This document shows positions 25,091 through 36,861 of a stretch of DNA of 43,861 nucleotides, one piece after another. Every line of letters starts with the position of its first letter. Within the stretch, counting starts at the first letter, position 1. The notes under the pieces are model-generated. The model saw only the letters and a list, made by a program, of their open reading frames with translations, was not told where the DNA came from and ran no database searches. The stretch is from Octopus bimaculoides (lineage: Eukaryota): contig NC_069004.1 of assembly GCF_001194135.2 (NCBI RefSeq), forward strand, positions 24,000,113 through 24,043,973, written 5' to 3'. A program made the position numbers and the translations under genes.

Positions 25091-25617
25091 CTGTTACAGT
25101 ATATTCTATATCTATTGTTGATGATATCAACCATACTGCGATATTGGAAGTGTAAGGATATAACAAGCACCCAGCACACTCAGTAAACTGGTTGGCAGAG
25201 ACCAGACCAAATCAGACTGGAACTTGGTGCAGCACTCCTGCTTGTCAACTCTGGTCAAACTGTCCAACCCATGCCAGCATGGAAAACAGACGTTAAAGGA
25301 TGATGATGATGGATCAGGTGTTGAATCATGATGATTCAAAATGATGATGAATCATGTTTAATACACATACACTGTGTGGCATTGAACATAGCTCCAGACG
25401 GACTACTGTGAGCATAGCTCCAGGCTGACCAAAGCCTTGTGAATGAATTTGGTAGATAGAAACTGAAAGAAACCCACTGGATATATGTATANNNNNNNNN
25501 NNNNNNNNNNNNNNNNNNNNNNNNNNNNNNNNNNNNNNNNNNNNNNNNNNNATATATATATATGCACACTAACATCATACAGTGAGAATGAGTGCTAAAC
25601 ACCTCATTGGTGTTGGG

Positions 25618-25690
25618 CACATGGAACGTTGGTACTTGTCTCCATCTTGGTTTTCACTCAAGATGGAGATAAATACCAATGTCCCATGTG
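25618..25690. other. 32-bp imperfect hairpin with 9-nt loop (pre-miRNA-like)
   Basis: cacatggaacgttggtacttgtctccatcttg / caagatggagataaataccaatgtcccatgtg; 2 G-U pairs and 2 mismatches. Confidence 0.55.
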
Positions 25691-25870
25691 GCAGGCTTGA
25701 TAATTGCTGAGACTCCTCCTGGCATGAAACCAATGGTAGCTTTGTTAATCCATAAATAAAGTATCCACATCAAGAATCTTGCACACCAAATACACATACG
25801 GAAATGTTTTAGTTTTATTTAATTTCTTTTTATCTTTCTTGCTTTATTTTGTGGGGTTTTTTTCCATTAG

Positions 25871-26015
25871 CTGATACCCCGAACTTCCTTGCAATGTGGA
25901 CCAACTGCTTGAATTCAACACAGTCCAAAATGCATGAGGAATTTGTTGGTCGAGTGGAACACGAAGGCAGTGGACCAGCAGAACTTTATCCGCACCTCAA
26001 AGAAGAAAATGTTGG
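25871..26015 (+). CDS. Exon (xDTPNFLAMWTNCLNSTQSKMHEEFVGRVEHEGSGPAELYPHLKEENV)
   Basis: Acceptor ggttttttccattag| and donor tgg|gtaatt; 145 nt; a single open frame (phase 1 to 2); GC-richer unique island. Confidence 0.62.
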
Positions 26016-26399
26016 GTAATTATTTTCACTTCTTTTATTACTTTTTTCTCGGATTTCATTTGCAGTTTCTTGTTGTTTCTATTTCTCACTTTCTTCATGT
26101 GTGTGTGTGTGAGAAGGTGTGTGGCTTAGTGGTTAGGGTATTTGGCTCACGATCGTAAGGTCGTGAGTTCAATTCCTGGTGACACATTATGTCCTTGAGC
26201 ATAAAATGCATACATGCTTCAGGAAAGGAGAAATCTGTATAAATATTTTTATTCAGTATTATTGCAATTTGATAAAACATCGAAAGTGGTATTTATATTT
26301 ATAGAAATAGTAATACAAGTTAAATATTTATACAGAATTTTCCTTTCCTGAAGTGTGTATACATTTTTGGGCGGACTGTGTGTGTGTGTATATATATAT

Positions 26400-26480
26400 A
26401 TATCTTTCTGTGTTCCTTTCTGTTGAAGAGCATAGGCTTGAAACGTTAAAGACGTTCTCTATTCCCGAGCATTATACTAT
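26400..26480 (+). mobile_element. Solo Penelope-type terminal repeat
   Basis: ttcctttctgttgaagagcataggcttgaaacgttaaagac, same family as 4553-4690 and 30300-30420. Confidence 0.6.
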
Positions 26481-27519
26481 ATATCTATATATATATATAT
26501 ATCCATTGGCTGCAGTGGATATACCTTCATTAATATGTCAAGCTACAAGAAAAGTTCACAAATGTTTAAATTCCAGAAGCAGAGAGGAGGACAGAACAAA
26601 ACAAAACAAAAAGAAAAAATGAGAACAGCCAAAAAAAAAAAACCAAAACAAAAAACCTGTTGGTGGGAATTATTAATTGATGAAAACCTTAACGACTGAC
26701 TATTTAATATTTAAAAATGACAGAAGCCATAAATGGGAAACAAAGAATTAATGTGTTTATGTTAAAACTTAACCAAGTCTGTAGAAATAATGACATTACT
26801 AGACTTTTGGTATCATTCGGTGTGGATGATCACAATATCAAGTATTTTAATTGTTAATAATAAAAGACATTTAAGGGATGCTACAATAACATAATGTCAG
26901 TTTTATCAGGAATCAATCTTTTATATTTGATATTTTAATATTTTATTTTTATGAATTTGTATAAATTTTTTTTTTCAAAATACAAATTATTATTCTTATG
27001 TATTTGTTTGTATTTAAGCAACTTTTATTCCTCTTTTATTCCTGTTTGTCTCTAATGTTTTAAATTTATCAATGGAAATAATTGGATTGTGTTTACGTTT
27101 ATGTTTCTTTGTTGTTGTTTGTGTTGTTTTTGTTTTGTTTCTTCTCCCTGGTTGTTGTTCATCAATTGTGATTTAATCATAGATAGAGACACTCTGAGGT
27201 TTCATTACTTCTTATTAACTTCTGGGGCTAGACACTTGCTGATTTATTCATCTCTGTCTCTCTCTCTCTCTCTCTCTCTGACGCATACACACACACACAC
27301 ATGCATCTCCCTATCTCCACATTCCTGCTTTCTCTTTCTGTCTCCCACCCACTCTGTTTTTCTCTTTCTGTGGGCGTATGTGATACATAGAATATTATTA
27401 TGCTAAAGTATGTGTGTATGTATGCGTATGTGTGCATACATTTATATAAGATATCTATTGCAGTTAAAATGTGTGTGTGCATATATGTGAGGTATGTATT
27501 ATTATTTAATGTGTTTTAA

Positions 27520-27744
27520 GGTGGCGCCACCTGTCACAATTGTTAGCATGTTGGAGAAAATACTTAGCGGCATTTTGCCTGTCTTTGTGTTCTGAGTTCA
27601 AATTCTGTCAAGGTTGACTTTGCCTTTCATCCTCCTGATAAAATAAATACCAGTTAAATACTGGGGTTGGTTTAATTGACTTAATCCCTCCCCCAAGATT
27701 GCTGACCTTGTGCCAAAATTTTAAACCTTGAACCATTATTATTA

Positions 27745-27788
<44 letters not shown>

Positions 27789-27960
27789 GTGGCGAGCTGG
27801 CAGAACTGTTCTGAGTTCAAATTCTGCCAAGGTTGACTTTGCGTTTCATCCTTTCAGGGTTGATGAATTAAGCATCAGTCAAGTACAGGGGTTGGTGTGA
27901 TTGACTATCCCCCACCCTCAATTTCCAAGCCTTGTACTTATTCTAGAAAGGATTATTATT
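27520..27960 (+). mobile_element. Two tandem copies of SINE family D separated by (ATT)n
   Basis: gttctgagttcaaattctg...gttgactttgc..ttcatcct occurs twice; further copies at ~13540-13960 and 32520-32740. Confidence 0.7.
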
Positions 27961-28215
27961 ATTATTATTACTATTATTATTATTATTATTATTATTATCA
28001 TTATTTTTTAATTTTTTTTTTATTATTATTATTATTATTAATATTATTATTATTATTTACTTTTAATGTGCATGTTTGTTGCAATTACTTTCTGAGACAC
28101 ACCCAGTGCCTTAGGGTAGGTGAAAGTTAATAAATGTTACAGTGTAACTGAAAGGTTGGGGAGGGAAAGTGGAAAAGCAGTAGTGAAATACCTCCATATA
28201 ATACAACACAAACAT

Positions 28216-28355
28216 TTAAACTGATAGGGTTTTTCTAAGGATGTAGCAGTACTTGTCAGCACATTCTTTTGGATTTCTTTGAGCCATGGCTCTCCTGGGA
28301 TGTTGTCTAGATGTTTCTGACATCTCTTTTTTTTTATCATACCTAGGGCACCTAC
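28216..28355 (-). mobile_element. 3' end of an RLE-type non-LTR retrotransposon (R4/Dong- or NeSL-like)
   Basis: VGALGMIKK..CQKHLDNIPGEPWLKEIQKNVLTSTA(fs)ILRKTLSV*, typical of the restriction-like endonuclease C-terminus. Confidence 0.7.
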
Positions 28356-28689
28356 ATTTACAGGAGCAGATTTTGTTTTAAGATGCTACATCATTTGGAT
28401 TTCAGTTTACAGGTCCTTATATTTACTAAGTTTGTCAAATTCCCTTACAGATATATTTTTATTAATTACATCTATTAGTTTCCTTGTCTTTAATAATTAT
28501 GTCTGGTTGATTAGCCTGGATCGTCCTGTCAATGTTGACTAGAAAATCCCAGAGTATGGTGAGATTTTTACCTTCAACAACTGGCTCAAGATGATGTTCA
28601 TACTAGTTAGTAAGAGTGGCAATTTTGTAGTGTTTATATATTTCCCAATGTAAATACTGTCCTTATCGTTATCATTTTATTGTTATTTA

Positions 28690-30426
28690 AGATGTTGCAC
28701 AACTGTGGTGGTGTAGTGCGCAGACCCCTACAAGGCTGAAGCTCTCCAACTTCAAGACACCTCCTTCTATTGCCTTCTGCCCTTGAACCCCATGCCTAGC
28801 CACCAACATACTGTCCTCCACGATCCATGACCTCATCCCCCCCTTCTGTCTCTCTCCCACTGCCTCCAATCTCATTGTCTGCACTCCTCGCACCCCTAGC
28901 ATTTATTTCCTTCCCAAAATCCACAAGCCCAACAACCCTGGCCACCCCAACGTCTCTGCCTCTAACAGCCCCACGGAACTGATCTCGAAATACCTTCACC
29001 TTATCCTTGCTCCTCTAATGACTCCTCTTCTTCCTGGCCCCTCTAAACTTCTCTTCACTCTTGATATCAAGAGTCTATAAACGGTGATCCCACACAACGG
29101 ACTTCTTGCCCTCAAACACTTCCTAGACCTTTGACCCAACCCCCAACTTGACACGGCCACACTTCTTTGTCTGGCCAAACTTGTTCTCTCCCTCAACTGC
29201 TTCTCGTTCACGAGGGAGTTTTACCAGCAGATCTTGGGAGTGGCCATGGGAACAAGAATGGCTCCCAACTGTGCAAACCTGTTCATTAGCTACATTGAAG
29301 CCCAAATATTTTCAAGATTCACTGATCCCATTCCCGAACTATGTGGTCATTATATTGATGACTGTATCGGTGCGACCTCGCTCTCCCGCGAACAATAGAC
29401 TCCTTCCTCTCTTTTGTCAAATCTTTCCATTCTGCCCTCGAATTCTCCTGCACTATTTCCAACATTTCCATCGCCTTTCTTGACATTTCGGCCAACATAC
29501 ACAACTCTGCTCTCACTACCTCCATCCACTACAAACACACCAACTCACACTTATACCTCAACTTCTCCTCCTCCCAACCTAAACACGCAAAGCTCTCCAT
29601 CCCCTATTCCCAATTCCTCCGTCTACGCAGGCTCTGCAGTGACAGCCATGACTTTGAGACTCAGTCTCAACTTATGGCTCGCCACTTCATCCTTCCTGGA
29701 TATCCTCTCGACACTATCCACACATCCCTTGCCAGAGCACGTTCCATGGACCGTGCCTCTGCTCTCTCTCCTTGCACCTNNNNNNNNNNNNNNNNNNNNN
29801 NNNNNNNNNNNNNNNNNNNNNNNNNNNNNNNNNNNNNNNNNNNNNNNNNNNNNNNNNNNNNNNNNNNNNNNNNNNNNNNNNNNNNNNNNNNNNNNNNNNN
29901 NNNNNNNNNNNNNNNNNNNNNNNNNNNNNNNNNNNNNNNNNNNNNNNNNNNNNNNNNNNNNNNNNNNNNNNNNNNNNNNNNNNNNNNNNNNNNNNNNNNN
30001 NNNNNNNNNNNNNNNNNNNACTGCCGATCTTGCACCTACCTCTCCAACTCCACCATCCTTACTGGCACCCATCATCATCCCTATCATATCACTGACTCTT
30101 GTCAAAGTCACCAGCCCCTACCCACATACACACACACTTACACACTCTCACATACACACACGCACGCGTGCCTTTGTTTTGGGATCACCAGTACTTTATT
30201 ATCTCCCCTTCTTCCTAGCTCTCCTGTCCAACTACCTTTGTCCAACTACGCTAAATCCAAAAGTTTTTTTTATTCTCTCTCCGTTTATTTCCTCATATTC
30301 CTTTCTGGTGAAGAGTGTAGGCTCGAAACGTAAAAGACTTCCTCACCTTCCCAAGCGTAAATCTAATACACCTTCTTGTTTTTCATACACCTGTCTTCAT
30401 CGTTTGTTTTTCTGTAAATTTCAACT

Positions 30427-30430
<4 letters not shown>
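28690..30430 (+). mobile_element. Decayed Penelope-like retroelement (RT, start of GIY-YIG region, 3' pseudo-LTR)
   Basis: Frameshifted RT motifs YFLPKIHKP, LDIKSL, GVAMGTRMAPNCANLF, YIDD, LYLNFSS; CRSCTYL after the gap; terminal repeat near 30300-30420. Confidence 0.85.
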
Positions 30431-30463
<33 letters not shown>

Positions 30464-30668
30464 TGTGTGTGTTGAGAGAGGGAGTGAGTTGCACTCTTTT
30501 ATTCATTTACTTGTTTCAGTCATTTGACTGTGGCCATGCTGGAGCACCGCCTTTAGTCGAAAAAATTGTTCCCAGGACTTGTTCTTTGTAAGCCCAGTAC
30601 TTATTCTATTGGTCTCTTTTGTTGAGCCGCTAGGTTACAGGGACGTAAACACATATACATATACATAG

Positions 30669-30759
30669 CACTGGTAGCAGCTTGTTGTATCTGGAGTAAC
30701 TGTTTGGCTTCATTACATTCCAAATACTATTGTCATCTGTTACAAGATGAGAACGGAAG
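30669..30759 (+). CDS. Candidate paralogous exon (xLVAACCIWSNCLASLHSKYYCHLLQDENG)
   Basis: Shares W-x-N-C-L-x-S-x-x-S-K with exon 25871-26015 (29/42 nt identical); same phases (1 to 2); donor ag|gtagcc; weak acceptor. Confidence 0.38.
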
Positions 30760-32022
30760 GTAGCCTCTATAATTTGCTGTAACAGAAATACTACATTAGT
30801 ATATTGTTGTTGTTCTTGTTGTTGTTGATTGCTGGTGGTGGTGGTGACCATGATCATGATCATGATGACCATATTGCTCTTTGTCTGTTGTTTGTAGTTT
30901 GTTCTTGGGTTATGTAAGATCTGTTAATTAAGACAACTGTGAGGTCGTTAATGTGTGAGTTGCAACAACTGTTTGGTAGGGAGCTTGTACATCTGTGTGT
31001 GTGGGTGTGTGTGCACACACACACACATATATATATGCACACACATACATATGTACTTATACAGGTATATATATAAAGATATATACACATACATGTGTAT
31101 TTGTACATGTATATATATATACGTGTGTGTATGTGTGTTGCGTTCTCTGTGTATATATACTCATGAACATACACTCCCTATTATGTGTGTTTGTGTACAT
31201 GTATGTGTATGCATGCATGTATGCACGCACACAAATATAAAGAGAAAGTTACTGACTATATATATATGTATATATATATATACACATATATATATATGCA
31301 TTCAAATAAGCATATGTGTGTGTATGTGTGTGTGTTTCANNNNNNNNNNNNNNNNNNNNNNNNNNNNNNNNNNNNNNNNNNNNNNNNNNNNNNNNNNNNN
31401 NNNNNNNNNNNNNNNNNNNNNNNNNNNNNNNNNNNNNNNNNNNNNNNNNNNNNNNNNNNNNNNNNNNNNNNNNNNNNNNNNNNNNNNNNNNNNNNNNNNN
31501 NNNNNNNNNNNNNNNNNNNNNNNNNNNNNNNNNNNNNNNNNNNNNNNNNNNNNNNNNNNNNNNNNNNNNNNNNNNNNNNNNNNNNNNNNNNNNNNNNNNN
31601 NNNNNNNNNNNNNNNNNNNNNNNNNNNNNNNNNNNNNNNNNNNNNNNNNNNNNNNNNNNNNNNNNNNNNNNNNNNNNNNNNNNNNNNNNNNNNNNNNNNN
31701 NNNNNNNNNNNNNNNNNNNNNNNNNNNNNNNNNNNNNNNNNNNNNNNNNNNNNNNNNNNNNNNNNNNNNNNNNNNNNNNNNNNNNNNNNNNNNNNNNNNN
31801 NNNNNNNNNNNNNNNNNNNNNNNNNNNNNNNNNNNNNNNNNNNNNNNNNATTATGAGGATGTTACTAACCTTTTTTGGGGGGAAGGTGTTTTTGTGGTGT
31901 GTGAGCGCTTTCGTTTAACCTCTTGCGAGATAGAAATTGATGGTTTTAGTATGTTTTTAAGTAAATTTACTTTGTATTCACCACTGTGCAAGAGTGAGAT
32001 ATAAACACGGTTATCAACAAAG

Positions 32023-32254
32023 TATTGGGTTGCCCGGAAAGTTTGTGGCGATTTTTAAAGGAAAGAAAAAGGTCAATAAATACTTGCCATTACATTTTTA
32101 ATCAACCAAATATGAACCATTTTGTTGCACAATGCATCTTTATCTTTCCTTTAACTTGAAAATACCCTCTTCACAGAATTGAGGTGGTTTCATGGCAAAT
32201 AAGTCGAAAGGTAACCTACTATAAATCGGCACGAATTTTCTGGACAAGCCAATA
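32023..32254. mobile_element. Mariner-derived MITE
   Basis: Imperfect ~32-bp TIRs tattgggttgcccggaaagtttgtggcgattt / aaatcggcacgaattttctggacaagccaata; interior resembles a mariner C-terminus on the minus strand (EGIFKLKER..CIVQQNGSY). Confidence 0.75.
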
Positions 32255-33231
32255 TAACAATGATAAAAGACGAAGTTTATCAACAATTAACCCTTTGGCA
32301 TTCAGATTTCTCTGCCAAATGTAAAGCTATTTCTTTACATTGTTTTCAATCTATCATACATTGTCTCTTAGCTTCAAGATTTTGATGGCATGATTGTTTT
32401 TTGGGGTTTTTGTAATGACATTGTAGCGTAAGAGTAAGGGGCTGTATCAGGCCTTTTAGAACATAAAGCTGGTAGAATATTTTGACCAGATATAACCAGT
32501 TTAACCCTTTAGCATTCACATTATCCTGTCAAATGTAAGGCGGTGAGCTGGCCGAAATGTTAGCATGCCAGGTGAAATGCTTAGTAGTATATTGCTTGTC
32601 GCTACATTCTGAGTTCAAATTCCACTACAGTCGACTTTTCCTTTCATACTTTCGGGGTCGATAAATTAAGTACCAGTCAAGTAAGTACGTTCCCCATTCC
32701 CCAAAATTTCAGGCCTTTTGCCTATAATAGAAAGGATTATTCTGTCAAATGTAATGCTTATTTATTGTCATTGTTTTCAATTAATCATGCATTATCACGT
32801 TGTTGTTTGTTGTTTGTTCCTTCTCAAGCCATGCCTGGCTCATAAGGACCGGTTTCCCAGTTTCATTGGCGTATAGGTTCCCCACCTGGATGGGACATCA
32901 GTCTGCCGCAGGTGAGCTGCTAGATGCAGGAGGAGGAAAGAGTGAGAGAAAGTTGTGGTGAAAGAGTCAGTAGAAGTTCGCCATTATTCTCTGCCGGGGC
33001 TGCCACGGAGCTTAGGTATTGCGCTCATAAACACACACATCGGCCAGTCTGAGATTTGAACCTGCAATCCCTCAACCGCAAGTCTGCTGTTCTAACCACT
33101 AAGCCACTGCATTATCTCATAGCTTCAAAATGTGTGTGTGTGTGTGTATAATTGTCTATGTACTATGCTGAATACACGGAGTGTTCGTCTGGTATGTTGA
33201 GTTCTGTTTATTTTGATGTGTCTTGACCATA

Positions 33232-33291
33232 CGTGTACTGATGAGTAAAAGATGCAGATTACTGTGTTGATTACGAAATCATGATTTACCG
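33232..33291 (+). ncRNA. Type I hammerhead ribozyme with extended stem II
   Basis: GUA-CUGAUGA-GUAA aa GAUGCAG auua CUGUGUU ga UUAC-GAAA-UCAUGA-UU-UAC; palindromic stem III (AUCAUGAU); stem I only 3 bp. Confidence 0.5.
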
Positions 33292-33534
33292 TTAAGTTAT
33301 AAGTTTTTAGCAGGTTAGCTTTGAGAATTGCACTCCCTCGCGTTCGGTAAAATGTGTTTCTTATGGTAGTTTGACTTTTAGAGTCCCTCTTAGTGTCAGG
33401 CATTCTTGTATAGTAATGCCTTTATATAATTTGATAAATATATTTATAGAGAATAAATGATGGATTTTTCCCTTATGAAGTTATTTCATGCTAACTACTT
33501 GATAAATTCTTACAAAGACTTTATCCTATTATTG

Positions 33535-33575
<41 letters not shown>

Positions 33576-34079
33576 GTGTGTGTGTGTGTATATCTGTGTT
33601 TGTCCTCCCATCCACCCACCCACCGACCCACCGCTTGACAACTGGTGTTGGTGTGTTTACGTCCTTGTAACTTAGTGGTTCGGTAAAACAGACCAGTAGA
33701 ATAAGTACTGGGCTTAAATAAGTCCTAGGGTTGATTTGTTCGACTAAAACCCTTCAAGGTGGTGCCCCAGCATGGCTGCAGTCAATTCCCTGAAGCAAGA
33801 TAAGAGATATCATAACCTGTAATACTGCAGTAGTAACCCCACCACTTTACTGGGTGTAGTCTAGACAATGATACTCTACGTGGTGCTCTATCCCCCCCCC
33901 CACCGTCAGTAACAGTCATACACCTAACTACACAGAAGAAATACTATATCATCATCATCATCATCAACATCATTTAATGTTCTTCCATGCTGGCTTTGCT
34001 TGAACAATTTGCACAGGGATGGCACCAAAGCACTGCACCAAACTCCGGTGTCTGCTTTGGTGTGATTTCTTTGACTCCA

Positions 34080-34580
34080 GGACTTTTTCTTTGTAAGTCT
34101 GGTACTTATTCTGACGGACTCTTTTACCAAACTGCTAAGTTACGGAGACATAAAGACACCAACACCAGTTGTCAAGCAGTGGGTGGGGAGCAAACACACA
34201 AAGACACAAACACAAACATATATACTTGTGTGGAATAAAATAAATGTGTTATATATATATATATGTGTGTGTGTGTGTATGTATATATATATATATATAT
34301 ATATATNNNNNNNNNNNNNNNNNNNNNNNNNNNNNNNNNNNNNNNNNNNNNNNNNNNNNNNNNNNNNNNNNNNNNNNNNNNNNNNNNNNNNNNNNNNNNN
34401 NNNNNNNNNNNNNNNNNNNTATACAATAGGCTTCTTTCACTTTTTTTTTACAAAATCCACTCACAAGACTTTTGTTGGTTTGAGGCCTACTAAAAAGCAC
34501 TTGCCCAGAGTGTCATGTAATGAGATTGAGCCCAGAACCATATGGTTGCGAAGCGAGCTTCTTACCACACAGGCATGCCT
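34080..34580 (-). mobile_element. SINE family A spanning a gap in its internal microsatellite
   Basis: 3' body before the gap, head after it. Confidence 0.7.
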
Positions 34581-35299
34581 GCACCTTATATAGAGAAAAT
34601 TATGATAAACGATGATGATGATGATGATGACAACAGTTTATATTATTTTTTACCATTGTGCTTACATGAAGCATTTAATCTCTGTAACTTAATGCAAGAA
34701 AGCTTTCCGCTGATGTGCTGTTGTGGTTGAAAACCCAATTGAACTTGGAACATCTGCTGCAGAGAATGCAAATAACCACAATTGTGAAACAGACGTAGGG
34801 AACAAATAATATAAACTGCATCTTGTGTATATAAAGTCACTTGCCGAAGGTGCTGTGTAGTGGGACTGAAACCTGATATTATATGGTCGGAAAGCAAGCA
34901 TCTCAATTGCTCAGTTATTCCCCTGCTTATAGTGATGCCAAACACACGTGCGTGCACACAAATACATACACATACATTAGTGTTTATATGTTTGTATGAT
35001 TTAGATGTGTGCTGACTGCATTCTGACTGATCTACCAAAGGCACACAACAAAATGCTTAATAGTTAGCTAGATGTTTAAGATGGGTTAGTGCTGTGTCAC
35101 ATTACTTTACCTGATGAATGTGGAACAGATGGTATGTCTGTTTTTATAGATGTAAGAAAGAGAACTCACTACATAGTGTAGAGCAAATATATATATATAG
35201 CTTTATTGGTGTAGACTGTCACAGAAGTGACTTGAGTTTTGTCTCAAAGCATCACCCTCTATATGACTTGTGTTGTGTTGTGCATGTGTCTAACTGAAC

Positions 35300-35463
35300 T
35301 TCCTCTTTCTTGTTCTTCCTCTCCTTCCTCTCCACCTTCACCTTTCTCTCTCCTCTTGCTCCTCCTTTCTCTTTCCTTTCCTCCTCTTCTTCTTCTTCCT
35401 CTTCCATCTCCTCTACCTTTCTCCTCCTCCATCTCTTCTTCCTCCTCCTCCTCTTCCTCCTCC

Positions 35464-35504
<41 letters not shown>

Positions 35505-35597
35505 CTCCTCCTCNNNNNNNNNNNNNNNNNNNNNNNNNNNNNNNNNNNNNNNNNNNNNNNNNNNNNNNNNNNNNNNNNNACCACCACCACCACCACC

Positions 35598-35646
<49 letters not shown>

Positions 35647-36434
35647 GGAAGCCTCTTAATAATGTTTGATTGCCTTCCTAGAGATGGTAGCGAAAGCTTC
35701 CTCCATATTCTTACTCTTCTTGTAAACTACATCATGCAAAAAAAAAACACAACAAATATCCGTTACATAATGTTGCGCTGTTGGCACTGTGCCTCGGGGA
35801 AGAGACAGCACAGTCATGGCTGGCTGGATAATTGGCTGACATGCCCATTAATCATGAGTTTTTGCTTGATCAGAGCCGACTTGACTTGAGGCTAAATAAC
35901 AACAACAGAAACGACATCAGTGCTCCCACCACGGCCACCATCATCATCATCAACAACAACAATTTTGGTCTTTTCTGCAATTATCATTTATTAAACAAAA
36001 ATGTGTTTTGTTGTTGTTGTTTTGGTTTCTTTTGGGGTTTGTTTGTTTGTTTTTTTTGCTGCTTTTTTTCCCCATATTTTTCTTTTTTTAATAAAATTCT
36101 ATGTGGAATTTCTTGTGTTGCCAATATTTCTTATCGCACATCATATTTATTTCTTTATTTATTTCTTGTACCACTGCAGGGAATCCGTAGATAACACATC
36201 GCCGAAGAACTCAACAAATAAACTCTAGATGTCATCGTTGTCGTTGTCAATGCAGGAAGAGGAGGAGGAGGAAGAAGAAGAAGATTAAACTTAGTAATGA
36301 TTTCACTGATATGCAGCACTGGAAACTGTGACGATATCAATGATGATGGTGGTGGTGGTGTTGCTGGTAACGGTGGTGCTGTAACTTGAGAAATGTTTTT
36401 AATCATTTTTTTTTTACTTATTATCATTATTATT

Positions 36435-36469
<35 letters not shown>

Positions 36470-36655
36470 CATTATTATTATTATTATCATTATTACTATT
36501 ATTATTATTCTCATCAATAAATCTTATCGGAAATATTCAATATGCTTCTGTTTTTTATTTTATTGCATTTGTTTTTTCTTTCATTTTTTGTTTTACTCTT
36601 GTTGAAAAATTTCTTATTATTATTATTGTCATCATCATCATCATAATCATCATTA

Positions 36656-36680
<25 letters not shown>
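35300..36680. repeat. CTC/CTT, ACC/ACT, ATT/ATC and GTT arrays
   Basis: Direct reading. Confidence 0.85.
36180..36228 (+). CDS. Candidate terminal coding exon (xESVDNTSPKNSTNKL*)
   Basis: Very strong acceptor tttatttatttcttgtaccactgcag|; phase 2 matches the ends of both 26015 and 30759; TAG at 36226-36228. Confidence 0.45.
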
Positions 36681-36686
<6 letters not shown>

Positions 36687-36861
36687 AATGGCCTGGCAGA
36701 AGCAGTAGGACATTGAACAAAATGCCTTGCAATATTATACATTCTGAACTCTACATTCTGAGTTCGTATCACAATGATACATACCGCAGAAAGACAGAAA
36801 GTCGCTGAAGAGGTCACAGGATGTGTAACGAACGAACTTTGACAAAGAAACTAAAATAATA

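Noticed and set aside
26113-26200. tRNA-like sequence (also 10145-10215 and other SINE heads)
   Set aside because: Box A/B continue into SINE bodies and there is no acceptor stem; not tRNA genes.
26716-26860. ~47-codon ORF MTEAINGKQRINVF...
   Set aside because: AT-rich, no splice signals or motifs.
34710-34800. KLSADVLLWLKTQLNLEHLL frame with faint SAM-like look, and nearby DGLVLCHITLPDECGTD ending at a gtatgt donor (~35130)
   Set aside because: Weak acceptors, and phases do not chain with the 36180 exon.
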